This document shows positions 53,176 through 63,729 of a stretch of DNA of 64,000 nt, in pieces (within the stretch, counting starts at the first letter, position 1; each line of letters opens with the position of its first letter). A model generated the notes under the pieces. The model was given only the letters and a program-made list of their open reading frames with translations, was not told where the DNA came from and did not search any database. The stretch lies in NCBI GenBank assembly GCA_041650515.1, contig JBAZLA010000001.1:221866-285865 (forward strand), written 5' to 3'. This DNA comes from Patescibacteria group bacterium. Lineage in GTDB: Bacteria; Patescibacteriota; Patescibacteriia; JACRDY01. Both the position numbers and the translations under genes were made by a program.

Positions 53176-53952
53176 ATGAAGATTACTCTTTTAGGTACGG
53201 GGGCGCCTTATCCAGATCCACAAAGAAATGCGCCTGGGTTTTTATTAGAACACGATGAAGTGCCTTATTTAATCGACTGTGGTGGTGGGGTGTGCCACCA
53301 GCTAGCTAAGATTGGTTGCCCGGGAGCCAAATTAGATAATATTTTTATTAGTCACATTCACATTGATCACTGTGTCGAGTTTCCAGCTTTGGTTTTTAGT
53401 TCGTATTTAACTGGTAAAGAAGGCAGCTTCCATCTATTTGGTCCGGCCGGAGTCAAACATTGGGTCGAGAGCACTTTCAACACTACTTATGACTTCGCGC
53501 CGCAGATGATGCGCGATTTACGAAATAAGGAGATTAGCGTTATTACTCAAGAAGTTGAATCAGGTAAAATTTTTGAACAAGATGGTTTGGTAGTTGAGGC
53601 CGAACCAGTGGAACATGGTTTTCCCACTTTAGCTTATAAATTTACTGCCAATGGTAAAAGCGTAGTTTTTAGCGGTGATACCCAGCCCTGCGCTGGTTTG
53701 ACTAAAATTGCCCAAGGCGCGGATTTACTAATTATTGAGTGTTCTTTCCCAGAAGACATGGGCATTAAGCCAAATCATTTAATCCCATCGCAGGTTGGCC
53801 GGATTGCTCAAGCGGCTAAGGCTAAAAAAGTTTTGTTAGTTCATCTTTTTCCTTTTTGCCACGGCAAAGAAGAAGCGATATTAGCGGAAATTAAAAAACA
53901 TTATTCTGGACCAGTCGAGATTGGACAGGATTTGCAAGTGATGGAAGTTTAA
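53176..53952 (+). CDS. MBL-fold metallo-hydrolase (RNase Z/ElaC-like), paralog B
   Basis: 258 aa; ISHIHIDHC motif; collinear similarity to 50013-50783. Confidence 0.7.
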   Translation: MKITLLGTGAPYPDPQRNAPGFLLEHDEVPYLIDCGGGVCHQLAKIGCPGAKLDNIFISHIHIDHCVEFPALVFSSYLTGKEGSFHLFGPAGVKHWVESTFNTTYDFAPQMMRDLRNKEISVITQEVESGKIFEQDGLVVEAEPVEHGFPTLAYKFTANGKSVVFSGDTQPCAGLTKIAQGADLLIIECSFPEDMGIKPNHLIPSQVGRIAQAAKAKKVLLVHLFPFCHGKEEAILAEIKKHYSGPVEIGQDLQVMEV

Positions 53953-53973
53953 TTATTATTCAAATTAGATTTT

Positions 53974-54690
53974 ATGTTGTTGAATAAGAAGAAAATATTT
54001 ATCGTCGTTATTTGTTTGGTTATAGTTTTGGTTACTGTCTTTTTAGTGTCAGTCGTTATTTGTCTAGCTAAAAAGCAGCGTAGTTTAGTCATTGAGAATG
54101 GAAAAATGCTCCTGGCGATTAACGCTTTGGATAAAGAGGGTAAAATCTGTCAGAGCAGTTTAGATTATGAACGCTATGATGGCAAGTGGCACAATCTTGA
54201 TGAATTAGAAACGATAGCTGTGGTTGACGATAAATATTGGGTGGCGGCTAGTTTAATCAGTGGCGTACCTGGAACACGAGAATTGGTGGTTTTCAATATG
54301 ACGGATTCAGGTCGTGGGGTGATGTTTGCTGACCAAAATTTGTTTATTTATCTTAATGATTATCCTTTGATTGATGAGGCGGCTGGTAACATTTTTGCTT
54401 TTGGCTATTATAACGAGGAAAGAGATCTTTTTAAGTTAGATTTGAAAAATAGTCAGGCCACCAAGATTTTTTCTCCGAGCGACCAGTCTGGAGAACTCTT
54501 GGTGCAAGCAATATCCAAAGATAAAAAGTTTTTGCTGTTATATGAACATACTGGTTCGCCGTACGAATGTTATACTTGTACTGCTGAAGAGATGGAAGAT
54601 AAATCGTTAGGTTATAAAGCAGTTAGTATAGAAACTGGTAAAATTCAGTTGATTGAAGATTATACTCATTGGGAGGATGAAATAAAGTAG
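53974..54690 (+). CDS. Hypothetical membrane-anchored protein
   Basis: 238 aa; N-terminal TM; no family recognised. Confidence 0.55.
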   Translation: MLLNKKKIFIVVICLVIVLVTVFLVSVVICLAKKQRSLVIENGKMLLAINALDKEGKICQSSLDYERYDGKWHNLDELETIAVVDDKYWVAASLISGVPGTRELVVFNMTDSGRGVMFADQNLFIYLNDYPLIDEAAGNIFAFGYYNEERDLFKLDLKNSQATKIFSPSDQSGELLVQAISKDKKFLLLYEHTGSPYECYTCTAEEMEDKSLGYKAVSIETGKIQLIEDYTHWEDEIK

Positions 54691-54702
54691 TTATTTTAAA
54701 AA

Positions 54703-54732
54703 TAAAAAATCCGACGAATCGTCGGGTTTTTT
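54703..54732. terminator. Bidirectional rho-independent terminator (AAAAAAT-CCGACG-AAT-CGTCGG-GTTTTTT)
   Basis: Perfect stem with A/T runs; ends the + gene 53974-54690 and follows the 3' end of minus-strand rnpB. Confidence 0.75.
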
Positions 54733-54737
54733 AGTAT

Positions 54738-55205
54738 CTAAGTAGGGTAGTAAGCCGAATTCAGTCACGTAAAGGCTCGCTGGCGCTCGCCCACGCGACA
54801 AGTCCCAGCTTAGAATTATTGGACTTGTCCCGTAAACGAGCGTAGCGAGTTCTACGGGATGGTTATCTATCTAGGTCCGATGTTGCCACCGGACTCAAGC
54901 GAGCAACTAAATTGCTCTTGCACCAGGGAGGGTTTACCATCACATCCCGGTCGCCCGGGAGGAAGAAAAGTAGCTACTTTAAGAAATCATATGATTTTCT
55001 CAAGAAACACCTTTTCTCTTTTCACCTTTGGCCCGCCAAATTGGTGGGTTATCATTGTCTCTGTGACACTTTCCCTAAGATTACTCTTGGTCGCTGTTAG
55101 CGACTCCCATTAACTCCGATAAATCGGAGGGTGTTCGGACTTTCCTCCCCCATGATCCGTCAAATTGGCGGATTTTACGGGGGCAACCACCTTGCCTACT
55201 TAGAT
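54738..55205 (-). ncRNA. rnpB: RNase P RNA (bacterial type A)
   Basis: Minus strand carries GGGGGAGGAAAGTCCGAAC (P4 5' strand), …GACTGAATTCGGCTTAC (P4 3' strand), CACAGAGACAA (ACAGARA), and GGTAAACCCTCCCTGGTGCAAG. The P1 ends CTAAGTAGG and CCTACTTAG are complementary. Confidence 0.8.
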
Positions 55206-55248
55206 TTTGGTATTATACTTGGCTTATAGTTAGTTGTCAAGGCTTAGA

Positions 55249-55277
55249 TTGACTTTTAGCTCAAAATTGAATAGAAT
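55249..55277 (+). promoter_or_regulatory. Sigma70-like promoter (TTGACT, 17 nt, TAGAAT) upstream of the sugar transferase gene
   Basis: Hexamers at 55249-55254 and 55272-55277; a perfect 5'-UTR hairpin GGGCAAAC-ACAT-GGGTTTGCCC follows at 55292-55313. Confidence 0.4.
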
Positions 55278-55330
55278 AGAGGGCAGTTAGAGGGCAAACA
55301 CATGGGTTTGCCCCAACATGCCCAGACTCT

Positions 55331-56755
55331 ATGAAAAAAGCTGAATTAACCTTTACCGCCTTACTTTTGCCTGTCGATTATATGATGGTCGTCGGCGCGG
55401 GTATTATTGCTTATTTTTTGCGGTTTCAGTCATTTTTGAAAGAGGTCCGACCAGTAATTTTTGCTTTGCCTTTTGATCGCTATTTGGACATCGTTTTATT
55501 AATGGCTCTGGGCTGGTTGGTGGTTTTCATTTTTTCTGGTTTGTACAAAACTGCTGGTTCTCGTAAATTTTTGGCTGAATTTTCTCGGATAATTCTGGCT
55601 TGTTCCACTGCATCATTAGTGTTAATTTTGATCATTTTTTTCCGTAAAGAGGAGCTGTTCTCCTCTCGTTTTATTATCTTGGCGGTTTGGGTTCTTAGTA
55701 TTATTACGGTTACTGTCGGTCGGGCGCTGGTCCGAGGTATGCAGCGATTTTTGTTTACCACTGGTTATGGGGTTCATAATTTAGCTATTTTTGGCGCTGA
55801 TAAAACAACCCAAGACGTGGTAAATGAGATTAAACTAAAAAAATATTTAGGCTTTAGGGTGATTGGTGTTTTTTATAATTTTAATGGTGAGGAGAAGAAA
55901 ACTTTGCGGGTTTTATTGAATAATGGTCAGCTGGACGAGGTTATGCAAGTTGATCCGCGTTTACCCAAAGAACAAGTATTAGAATTGGTCGATTGGTGTA
56001 GTGAGAATCACGTTGTTTTTAAATATGCACCAGATTTATTTCAAGCTAAGGCTACTAATATTGATATTAGCACTATTGCTGGTGTACCGATCATCGAGCT
56101 GAAAAAAACTCCGCTTGACGGTTGGGGCAAAATCTTAAAGCGGGTTGTCGATTTTATTCTAGGCCTGATCATAACTATTATTTTATTGCCAGTGATGTTG
56201 GTGATCGCTGTTTTAATCAAACTAGATTCGCGTGGGCCGGTTATCTATAAAAATCAAAGAGTGTCACGCGAGGGTATATTTAATACTTATAAATTTCGTT
56301 CGATGAAGCTAGAATACTGCACCGGCTTGGGTTATGGCGGTCAGAAAGCCGAAGAATATGAGAGACAGTTGATTCAAGAAAAAAATCAGCGTCAAGGTCC
56401 GGTTTATAAAGTTTTAGCTGATCCGCGGCGAACCCGAGTAGGCCGTTTTTTAGAGCGAACTAGTCTGGACGAATTGCCGCAGTTTTTTAATGTTATATTG
56501 GGTAATATGAGCTTAGTGGGACCACGACCGCATCAACCGCGTGAGGTGGAGAAATATCAGCGTCATCATAAAGAAGTTTTGGCGATCAAACCGGGCGTCA
56601 CTGGGCTAGCGCAGATCTCTGGTCGGAGTGATCTTGATTTTGATGAAGAAGTCAAATTAGATACTTATTATATCGAAAATTGGAGTTTATTTCTGGATTT
56701 ATGGATTTTGTTTCGGACGCCGTTGGCAGTATTAATTCGAAAATCGCGAGTCTAA
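55331..56755 (+). CDS. Polyprenyl glycosylphosphotransferase (bacterial sugar transferase, WbaP/PglC-like)
   Basis: 474 aa; N-terminal TM helices; C-terminal [22 protein letters not shown] is the sugar transferase signature. Confidence 0.85.
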   Translation: MKKAELTFTALLLPVDYMMVVGAGIIAYFLRFQSFLKEVRPVIFALPFDRYLDIVLLMALGWLVVFIFSGLYKTAGSRKFLAEFSRIILACSTASLVLILIIFFRKEELFSSRFIILAVWVLSIITVTVGRALVRGMQRFLFTTGYGVHNLAIFGADKTTQDVVNEIKLKKYLGFRVIGVFYNFNGEEKKTLRVLLNNGQLDEVMQVDPRLPKEQVLELVDWCSENHVVFKYAPDLFQAKATNIDISTIAGVPIIELKKTPLDGWGKILKRVVDFILGLIITIILLPVMLVIAVLIKLDSRGPVIYKNQRVSREGIFNTYKFRSMKLEYCTGLGYGGQKAEEYERQLIQEKNQRQGPVYKVLADPRRTRVGRFLERTSLDELPQFFNVILGNMSLVGPRPHQPREVEKYQRHHKEVLAIKPGVTGLAQISGRSDLDFDEEVKLDTYYIENWSLFLDLWILFRTPLAVLIRKSRV

Positions 56756-56769
56756 AAGTTGAATCTATT

Positions 56770-57882
56770 ATGAAAGTCGCTTTAGTTCATGATCATTTAG
56801 TCCAAGACGGTGGTGCCGAAAGAGTCTTGAAGATTTTTCAAGATATTTTTCCTAATGCTCCCATTTACACCCTGCTCTATAATGCCAAGACGATGGGTAA
56901 TGATTTTCGTCAGAAGGATATCCGGACTTCGTTTATTCAAGATTTACCCTGGGGGCTTAAGAAATATCAGTGGTATTTGCCGTTGATGCCAATGGCGACC
57001 GAGCGGCATGATCTGACTGGTTATGATTTAGTTATTTCTTCGGCTTCGGCAATGGCCAAAGGCGTGATTACTCATCCTAATACACTCCATATTTGTTATT
57101 GTCATACGCCGACGCGCTATCTTTGGACGGACACGCATAGTTATATCAAAGAGTTGAATGTTAACCGTGTCTTGAAGCGAATTATTCCTTTGTTTTTGAC
57201 CCGCTTGCGTAAGTGGGATCGATTAGCGGCCGATCGGGTAGATTATTATGTGGCTAATTCTAAAAACGTTGCTAAGCGGATTTATAAATATTATCGTCGG
57301 CAAAGCGAGGTGATCTATCCACCGGTTGAGATTGATAAATTTTATATTGCTGACCAGCTAAATCATTATTATTTAGCTGGTGGCCGGCTAGTACCTTATA
57401 AGCGGTTTGATATGGTGGTGCAGGCTTTTAATAAGCTAGGTATTCCTTTAAAAATCTTTGGTACTGGGCCAGAAGAAGCCAAACTAAAGAAAATGGCTAA
57501 ACCGCATATTGAGTTTTTGGGACGAGTATCACCTAAGCAACTAGCTGAATTGTATGCTCATGCTTTAGCCTATATCCATCCCCAGGAGGAAGATTTTGGT
57601 ATTACTTCGGTTGAAGCCATGGCTTCGGGTCGGCCGGTGATTGCTTATCCAGTCGGTGGGGCGTTAGAAACAGTAATTCCTGGTGTCACTGGCGAGTTTT
57701 TTGATGAGCAGACCTGGGAGAGCCTCGGCGATGCAGTAATTCGTTTCAAGCCAGAAAGTTATGACCCACAGACAATTCGGCAGCACGCTACTAAGTTTGG
57801 TGTTGATGAATTTAAAAATCGGATAATGGACTATATTGAAAAGACTTATCAGGAGTTTAAGGGGAATAAGTTAATCAAATAG
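56770..57882 (+). CDS. Glycosyltransferase family 4 (GT-B)
   Basis: Start moved to MKVALVHDHLVQDGGAERV (56770). C-terminal GT4 donor-binding region (…EDFGITSVEAMASGRPVIA). Confidence 0.8.
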   Translation: MKVALVHDHLVQDGGAERVLKIFQDIFPNAPIYTLLYNAKTMGNDFRQKDIRTSFIQDLPWGLKKYQWYLPLMPMATERHDLTGYDLVISSASAMAKGVITHPNTLHICYCHTPTRYLWTDTHSYIKELNVNRVLKRIIPLFLTRLRKWDRLAADRVDYYVANSKNVAKRIYKYYRRQSEVIYPPVEIDKFYIADQLNHYYLAGGRLVPYKRFDMVVQAFNKLGIPLKIFGTGPEEAKLKKMAKPHIEFLGRVSPKQLAELYAHALAYIHPQEEDFGITSVEAMASGRPVIAYPVGGALETVIPGVTGEFFDEQTWESLGDAVIRFKPESYDPQTIRQHATKFGVDEFKNRIMDYIEKTYQEFKGNKLIK

Positions 57883-57996
57883 TACCCTTCGGTTCGCTAC
57901 GCTCGCTCAGGCTCAGTGCACAGTACTGAGTACTTTAGTGAGCGGATTAAACTATCATTGAGTATTGCGTACTGAGCGTTAATCACTAAGCGCTAT

Positions 57997-59139
57997 ATGA
58001 TTATTGGAATCGATATTAGGCCTTTAATGGACCAAAACCGGAGTGGCGTGGGTGAATATGTTACTCAACTCTTGGATAATTTGTTTAAAATTGACCAAAC
58101 CAATCAGTATAAACTTTTTTATAATTCCTTTAGATCAGTAGCTGCCGATTTACCCAAGTGGGATTACCCAAATGTTAGATTTTATGGCTGGCGGTTGCCG
58201 AATAAACTGTTGAGTCTTTCCTTTTTGTTTTTGGGGTGGCCTAAAATAGACAAGCTGATTGGCGGTTGTGACGTTTTTATTATTCCCAATCTTTGTTATT
58301 TTTCTTTATCCAAAGGCTGCCACCAGGTGGGGATAGTTCATGATCTTTCTTTTGAATTGTATAAAGAATTTTATAAACGTAAGTGGCGTCTTTCTTATTG
58401 GCTAATCAACGCTCGGAATATTTTTAAAAGAGCCGATCAATTGGTAGCTGTTTCTCAAAACACCAAAGATGATTTGATTAAATGTTATGGTATCGCTGAG
58501 GAAAAAATTGAGGTCATCTATCCGGGAGTCCGCGAGCCGGTGTTACCAGATGGCGGTCGTCAGCAATTAGTCAATTTACCCGAGCGTTTTATTTTGATGC
58601 TTGGTACACGTGAGCCCAGAAAAAATTTAATCGGCATAGTTCGGGCTTTTGAAAGAATAAAAACCGAATCCGGAGATTTGGACCTCGGGCTAGTAATTGC
58701 CGGTGGCAGCGGTTGGCTGAATGCGGCAGTTGATCGGGCTATTAAGAAGAGTAATTTTAAAAAAGACATTAAGGTTTTGGGTTATGTCAGCGAAGAAGTA
58801 AAAACAGAACTTTATCGCCAGGCGGACGTTTTTATTTATCCTTCTTTCTATGAAGGTTTTGGTTTTTCACCCTTAGAAGCGATGCAGCAGGGCTGCCCGG
58901 TTATTACCAGTCTATCGCCAGCGACTGCCGAAATTGCCGGCGGCGCGGCGTTGTTGGTCAATCCGTATAACATTTCGGAAATGGCGGAAGCAATTGAAAA
59001 AATTACGAATTACGAATTAAGAATTAAAGATTTGTTAATTAATAAGGGTTTGGAGCGAGCCAAAGGGTTTAATTGGGAGACGACGGCAAGGAAGGTTTTG
59101 GATTTGATAAATAGTTTTGAATTTTTGGCTAAGAGTTGA
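57997..59139 (+). CDS. Glycosyltransferase family 4 (GT-B)
   Basis: 380 aa; EGFGFSPLEAMQQGCPVITS GT4 signature. Confidence 0.85.
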   Translation: MIIGIDIRPLMDQNRSGVGEYVTQLLDNLFKIDQTNQYKLFYNSFRSVAADLPKWDYPNVRFYGWRLPNKLLSLSFLFLGWPKIDKLIGGCDVFIIPNLCYFSLSKGCHQVGIVHDLSFELYKEFYKRKWRLSYWLINARNIFKRADQLVAVSQNTKDDLIKCYGIAEEKIEVIYPGVREPVLPDGGRQQLVNLPERFILMLGTREPRKNLIGIVRAFERIKTESGDLDLGLVIAGGSGWLNAAVDRAIKKSNFKKDIKVLGYVSEEVKTELYRQADVFIYPSFYEGFGFSPLEAMQQGCPVITSLSPATAEIAGGAALLVNPYNISEMAEAIEKITNYELRIKDLLINKGLERAKGFNWETTARKVLDLINSFEFLAKS

Positions 59140-59151
59140 AGTTAATCATTT

Positions 59152-60096
59152 TTGTTTAAAACTATGCAAAACGACAGTTATCTTAATTTGAATAATGGAG
59201 ACAAGATGCCGGTTATTGGTTTGGGAACCTGGAAATCATCCCCGGCAGAAGTGGGGTCGGCCGTTGAATATGCTTTATTAGAGTGCGGCTATAAGCATAT
59301 TGATTGTGCCGCTATTTATGGTAATGAAAAAGAAATCGGTTTGGCTTTTAAAAATGTTTTTAGTGACAAAAAAAATAGTCGGCAGGAGGTGTTTATTACC
59401 AGTAAATTATGGAATAACGCCCATGCTAAAGATGATGTCGCCATCGCCTGTAAAAATACTTTGCGGGATTTGCAGTTAGAATATCTTGATCTTTATCTGA
59501 TGCACTGGGGCGTTGCTACGTCGCTGGATTTAGGTCGGGAGCCGGTAGATAAGACGGGAAAACTAATCACGGCTAAGCTGCCAATTAGAGAAACCTGGGA
59601 AGCGATGGAAGAACTAGTTAAGCTTGGTTTGGTTCGATCGATTGGCGTAGCCAATTTTACTGCTCCGATGTTGGTTGATCTTTTTACTTACGCAAAAATT
59701 ATGCCGTCGGTTAATCAGGTTGAACTCCATCCGTATAACCAACAGTCCAGGCTGGTAGAATTTTGTCAGGATCATAAAATGGTGGTAACCGCCTACTCTC
59801 CCCTAGGTTCACCTGGTAATAACCCAGGCGATCAGCCGGTTTTGTTGGATGACCGGGTTATTAAAGAAATTGCCCAGAGCCATCAGAAGTCTCCAGCTCA
59901 AATTTTGATCCGCTGGGCCAGACAGCGTGAGACTATTGCTATACCAAAAACCGTTACGGCCGAACGGATCAAGGAAAATATAGCGGTTTTTGATTTTGAA
60001 TTGTCTTCAGCTGAAATGGATTCGGTCAGCGCTCTAGAAAGGGGTTATCGTTATGTTGATCCTTGGGATTGGTGGCGGATACCGTATTTTGATTAA
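59152..60096 (+). CDS. Aldo/keto reductase (AKR1-like NADPH-dependent oxidoreductase)
   Basis: 314 aa; GLGTWKS…IDCAAIYGNEKEIG and LDLYLMHW AKR signatures. Confidence 0.85.
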   Translation: MFKTMQNDSYLNLNNGDKMPVIGLGTWKSSPAEVGSAVEYALLECGYKHIDCAAIYGNEKEIGLAFKNVFSDKKNSRQEVFITSKLWNNAHAKDDVAIACKNTLRDLQLEYLDLYLMHWGVATSLDLGREPVDKTGKLITAKLPIRETWEAMEELVKLGLVRSIGVANFTAPMLVDLFTYAKIMPSVNQVELHPYNQQSRLVEFCQDHKMVVTAYSPLGSPGNNPGDQPVLLDDRVIKEIAQSHQKSPAQILIRWARQRETIAIPKTVTAERIKENIAVFDFELSSAEMDSVSALERGYRYVDPWDWWRIPYFD

Positions 60097-60130
60097 ATCA
60101 ATTTTGTTGAATAAAATAATTGTTAAGTTT

Positions 60131-61276
60131 ATGAGAATTCTTATTGATGCTCGATTATATGGCCCTCGTGGAGCTAAGGGTCTGGGTCGTTATGTCCAAG
60201 AATTAGTTTTGGGTTTGCAGAAGATAGATCAAGAAAATCAATACATTATTTTATTAACCAAAGATAATTGGGATGAATTTAGCGCCAGCGCTAATTTTCA
60301 GAAAGTTTTAGCGCCTTGGCGTTGGTATACTTTAGCCGAACAAATCTATCTACCAAGTTTGATTAAAAAGCAGCAACCAGACTTAGTCCATTTCCCCCAT
60401 TTTAATGTGCCGCTTTTTTATCATGGTCGGCTTATTATTACTATCCATGATTTGCTTCTTCGGACCTACCCTTCGCGGCGAGCAAGTACTTTAGGTCTAT
60501 ATAGGTATTGGTTAAAGAATCTGGCGTATCGACTGGTAGTCTGGTCAGCGGTGCGCCGAGCGCAGAAAATTATTGCTGTTTCCGAGTTTACTCGGTCAGA
60601 GATTGTTAAATATTATCCTTGGGCGGCTAGCAGAACTGAAATGGTTTATAATGGCTTAACTAAGCTAGAAAATTTAGTTGATTCATCAATCGACAAATCA
60701 GTGCTTTTAAGATATAATATAACAAAACCATTTTTACTTTATGTTGGCAACGCTTATCCGCATAAAAATTTGGAAAATTTGGTTTTGGCCTTTAAACAAA
60801 TCAGTCAAGAAGTTGATTATCAGTTGGTTTTCGCTGGCCAGAAAGATTATTTTTCCCAGCGGCTGGCTGATTTTACCCAGCAGCAAGGTTTGACTGATCA
60901 GCAGGTACTTTTTTTGGACTATGTGGCTGATGCTGATTTGGCAACATTGTATCAAACCGCTGCGCTGTATGTTTTTCCCTCGCTCTATGAAGGTTTTGGT
61001 TTGCCGTTGCTTGAGGCCATGAGCTGGGGTTTGCCGGTGGTCGGGTCAAAAGTTCCCTGCTTAGAAGAGATCGGCGGCCTGGCTTATGAAAAATTTTATC
61101 CCCAAAGTGTCAATGATATAGCCGACAAGATTGTTGCCTTATTAAATAATCCTACTCGTCAATCAGAGTTAAGAGAGTTAGGCCTAGAGCGAATAAAAAA
61201 ATTTGATTGGCCGGAGAGCATTAGTAAACATTTAGCTATTTATCGCCATGCCGCAGAAAAAAACAAAAATAAATAA
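60131..61276 (+). CDS. Glycosyltransferase family 4 (GT-B)
   Basis: Start moved to MRILIDARLYG (60131). C-terminal EGFGLPLLEAMSWGLPVVGS GT4 motif. Confidence 0.8.
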   Translation: MRILIDARLYGPRGAKGLGRYVQELVLGLQKIDQENQYIILLTKDNWDEFSASANFQKVLAPWRWYTLAEQIYLPSLIKKQQPDLVHFPHFNVPLFYHGRLIITIHDLLLRTYPSRRASTLGLYRYWLKNLAYRLVVWSAVRRAQKIIAVSEFTRSEIVKYYPWAASRTEMVYNGLTKLENLVDSSIDKSVLLRYNITKPFLLYVGNAYPHKNLENLVLAFKQISQEVDYQLVFAGQKDYFSQRLADFTQQQGLTDQQVLFLDYVADADLATLYQTAALYVFPSLYEGFGLPLLEAMSWGLPVVGSKVPCLEEIGGLAYEKFYPQSVNDIADKIVALLNNPTRQSELRELGLERIKKFDWPESISKHLAIYRHAAEKNKNK

Positions 61277-63719
61277 TTTAGAAGAACTGACGGCTAGATT
61301 AGAATCTGGTAAGGTTTCTGGTCGCACTAAGAAAAAAAATTTTACGCTCCAAGAGGTAAAAGTGCCGGTTAAAGTTAGCAATTATCTCAATCATTATATT
61401 TCTCCCCACTTAGTTGATCTTAAGTCTTTTTTTTCAGCGAGTAATCTTCCTGAAAAACTAGAGATTACTTATTCTGAGCCAGTTGAGGACTACTTTGAGG
61501 CAGCTAAAATTAGCCTAAGACCGAACGAGGAGGATAATTCTAATGATGCCGGGGAACTAGAAGTGGCTGAAGTTGATCTTTCGCCCGATGAGGTTATTAG
61601 CCAGGAAATGATTGGACCGGTCGAGGAATCAATCGTGGTTTTAGCTCCGATGGCAGGTAGTCTCTGGCGGCGAATATTAGTCACGCCAGTGAGAGCAACG
61701 CGTTGGGTTTTATGGGTGGCTGATCAGGGGGCTAATCGAGTCATTCAACCTCTACGCCGATTGCCTTTTACGCCCCAAAATAAGGCTTTATTGGCTTTCA
61801 TCGTGATGGCAGTTGTTTTAGTTTTACCGATTAGCGGCCTGACTTATTATAAGACGTTGCAGGATAAAAAGAACACTATCTTGAGCCAAACAGAAGCGGC
61901 AGTTGGCGATCTAAAAGAGGCAGAATTTTTGGCGGCTCAAGAGAGTTTTAATACTGCTAAAGAGGAATTAGACAGTATTAACGCTTTAGTGGCTGGCATT
62001 ATTCATTTGATTCCGGATACAGATAAAACCTTGACCTCGGGCCAAGCTTTGATAAAAATCGGCGAAAATTTGTCCCTAGTTGGTAACTCATTAGAGGAAG
62101 CCCTGGGATTTTTGACCGACGATTCTCAAAGCCTGGCGGCCAAAGTAGAGAAGCTTAAATTTAGTTTGGATTATTCGCTGCCCTTGGTTGAAGAAATTAA
62201 TCAAGAAATTATCAAAGTAGATATTAGTCTGATACCTCAAGATAAACGTCAGACATTTCAAACGGCTCTGGAGAAGATGCCTCAGATTGCTCAGAGTTTT
62301 AAATACTTTAGTGATGTTACTGGTTTGGTTGTTGATATCTTGGGCCAGAATGAACTCAAACGCTACTTACTAGTTTTTCAAAATAACAATGAGATCCGTC
62401 CAGCCGGTGGTTTTATTGGTAGTTTTGCTCTGCTTGATTTGGTTGATGGCCAAATCAAAAATTTAGAAATTCCCGGGGGCGGTTCTTATGATCTGCGAGC
62501 TGGCTTAAAAGAAAATTTTATTAGTCCAGAACCACTGCAGTTAGTTCGGGCTCGTTGGGAGTTTCAAGACAGTAATTGGTTTAGTGATTGGCCGACCGCG
62601 GCGAGTAAGATCATTTGGTTCTATAACCAATCTGGTGGGCCGACCGTTGATGGCGTGATTGCTCTTAATGCTGATTTGATGGAGAATTTATTAAAAATTG
62701 TTGGTTCGGTTGAGATGGCGGGGTATAGCCGTGATATTGATAGCGACAATTTTTTTGTGGAAACCCAGAAAATTGTTGAGCTGGAGTATGATCGGGCCGA
62801 GAATAAACCAAAACAGTTTATTGCTGATCTAGCTCCAGAAATGTTGGATAAAATATTCAAAGCCAACCGGCAACAATTAGTCGGCATTTTGTCCTTATTA
62901 AACCAATCGTTAACTAATAAAGATTTACAACTTTATTTTACTAATCCTGATACCCAGGCCGAAGTTAAAGATTTGGGTTGGAGCAATGAAATTGAAAAAA
63001 CCGATGGGGACTATTTGCTGGTCGTTAATGCTAATATTGGCGGTCAAAAAACCGATGCGGTGATTGAACAAAGTATTATGCATCAGGCTGACGTTAATGC
63101 AGACGGTAGCATCATTAACACCGTTACTGTTATCCGTAAACATTTAGGCCATAGTGGCGACCTATTCACTGGCGGTCGGAATGTTAACTACTTACGACTC
63201 TATGTTCCAGCGGGTAGTCAGTTAATTTCGGCTAGTGGTTTTGATTCCCCGGCCAAGGATTTATTTAAACCGGTTTTGGACAGTTATCAGCCAGATGATG
63301 ATTTGCAGCGATTGTCTGGTCTAGCGGTGACTAATCAGGAGCAGCAGGTGAGTATTAACCAGGAGTTTGGCAAAACTGTTTTTGGTGGTTGGACGCAGAC
63401 CGACCCTGGCACCGCTTCGGTGATAACCTTCAAATATCGATTACCTTTTAAAATAGATTTTGCTACCTACAAGACTAATATTGACTGGTTGGATAAGCTG
63501 GAAAATAAATTAGGTTGGGCGCCAACCACCGCTCAATATAGTCTTTTAGTTCAAAAACAATCAGGGGTATTTTCAGGTTTTTATAGTTTGGTTAACTACC
63601 CGAACGATTGGCGAGAGGTCTGGCATTATCCAGGGGATCTCCAGATCACGGGCAATGAAATCAAATATGGTCATTATTTAGACCAGGATAGAATTTATAG
63701 TCTAATGTTTATCAAATAA
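61248..63719 (+). CDS. Large hypothetical membrane-anchored extracytoplasmic protein in the glycan cluster (possibly DUF4012-like)
   Basis: 823 aa; one TM near residue 190 (LLAFIVMAVVLVLPISGL); long soluble domain; start may be downstream of 61276 (overlaps GT4 by 29 nt). Confidence 0.55.
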   Translation: MPQKKTKINNLEELTARLESGKVSGRTKKKNFTLQEVKVPVKVSNYLNHYISPHLVDLKSFFSASNLPEKLEITYSEPVEDYFEAAKISLRPNEEDNSNDAGELEVAEVDLSPDEVISQEMIGPVEESIVVLAPMAGSLWRRILVTPVRATRWVLWVADQGANRVIQPLRRLPFTPQNKALLAFIVMAVVLVLPISGLTYYKTLQDKKNTILSQTEAAVGDLKEAEFLAAQESFNTAKEELDSINALVAGIIHLIPDTDKTLTSGQALIKIGENLSLVGNSLEEALGFLTDDSQSLAAKVEKLKFSLDYSLPLVEEINQEIIKVDISLIPQDKRQTFQTALEKMPQIAQSFKYFSDVTGLVVDILGQNELKRYLLVFQNNNEIRPAGGFIGSFALLDLVDGQIKNLEIPGGGSYDLRAGLKENFISPEPLQLVRARWEFQDSNWFSDWPTAASKIIWFYNQSGGPTVDGVIALNADLMENLLKIVGSVEMAGYSRDIDSDNFFVETQKIVELEYDRAENKPKQFIADLAPEMLDKIFKANRQQLVGILSLLNQSLTNKDLQLYFTNPDTQAEVKDLGWSNEIEKTDGDYLLVVNANIGGQKTDAVIEQSIMHQADVNADGSIINTVTVIRKHLGHSGDLFTGGRNVNYLRLYVPAGSQLISASGFDSPAKDLFKPVLDSYQPDDDLQRLSGLAVTNQEQQVSINQEFGKTVFGGWTQTDPGTASVITFKYRLPFKIDFATYKTNIDWLDKLENKLGWAPTTAQYSLLVQKQSGVFSGFYSLVNYPNDWREVWHYPGDLQITGNEIKYGHYLDQDRIYSLMFIK

Positions 63720-63729
63720 TTTTTAAATT

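Noticed and set aside
54859-55113. Two overlapping + strand ORFs (84 and 62 aa)
   Set aside because: They lie entirely within the minus-strand RNase P RNA gene.
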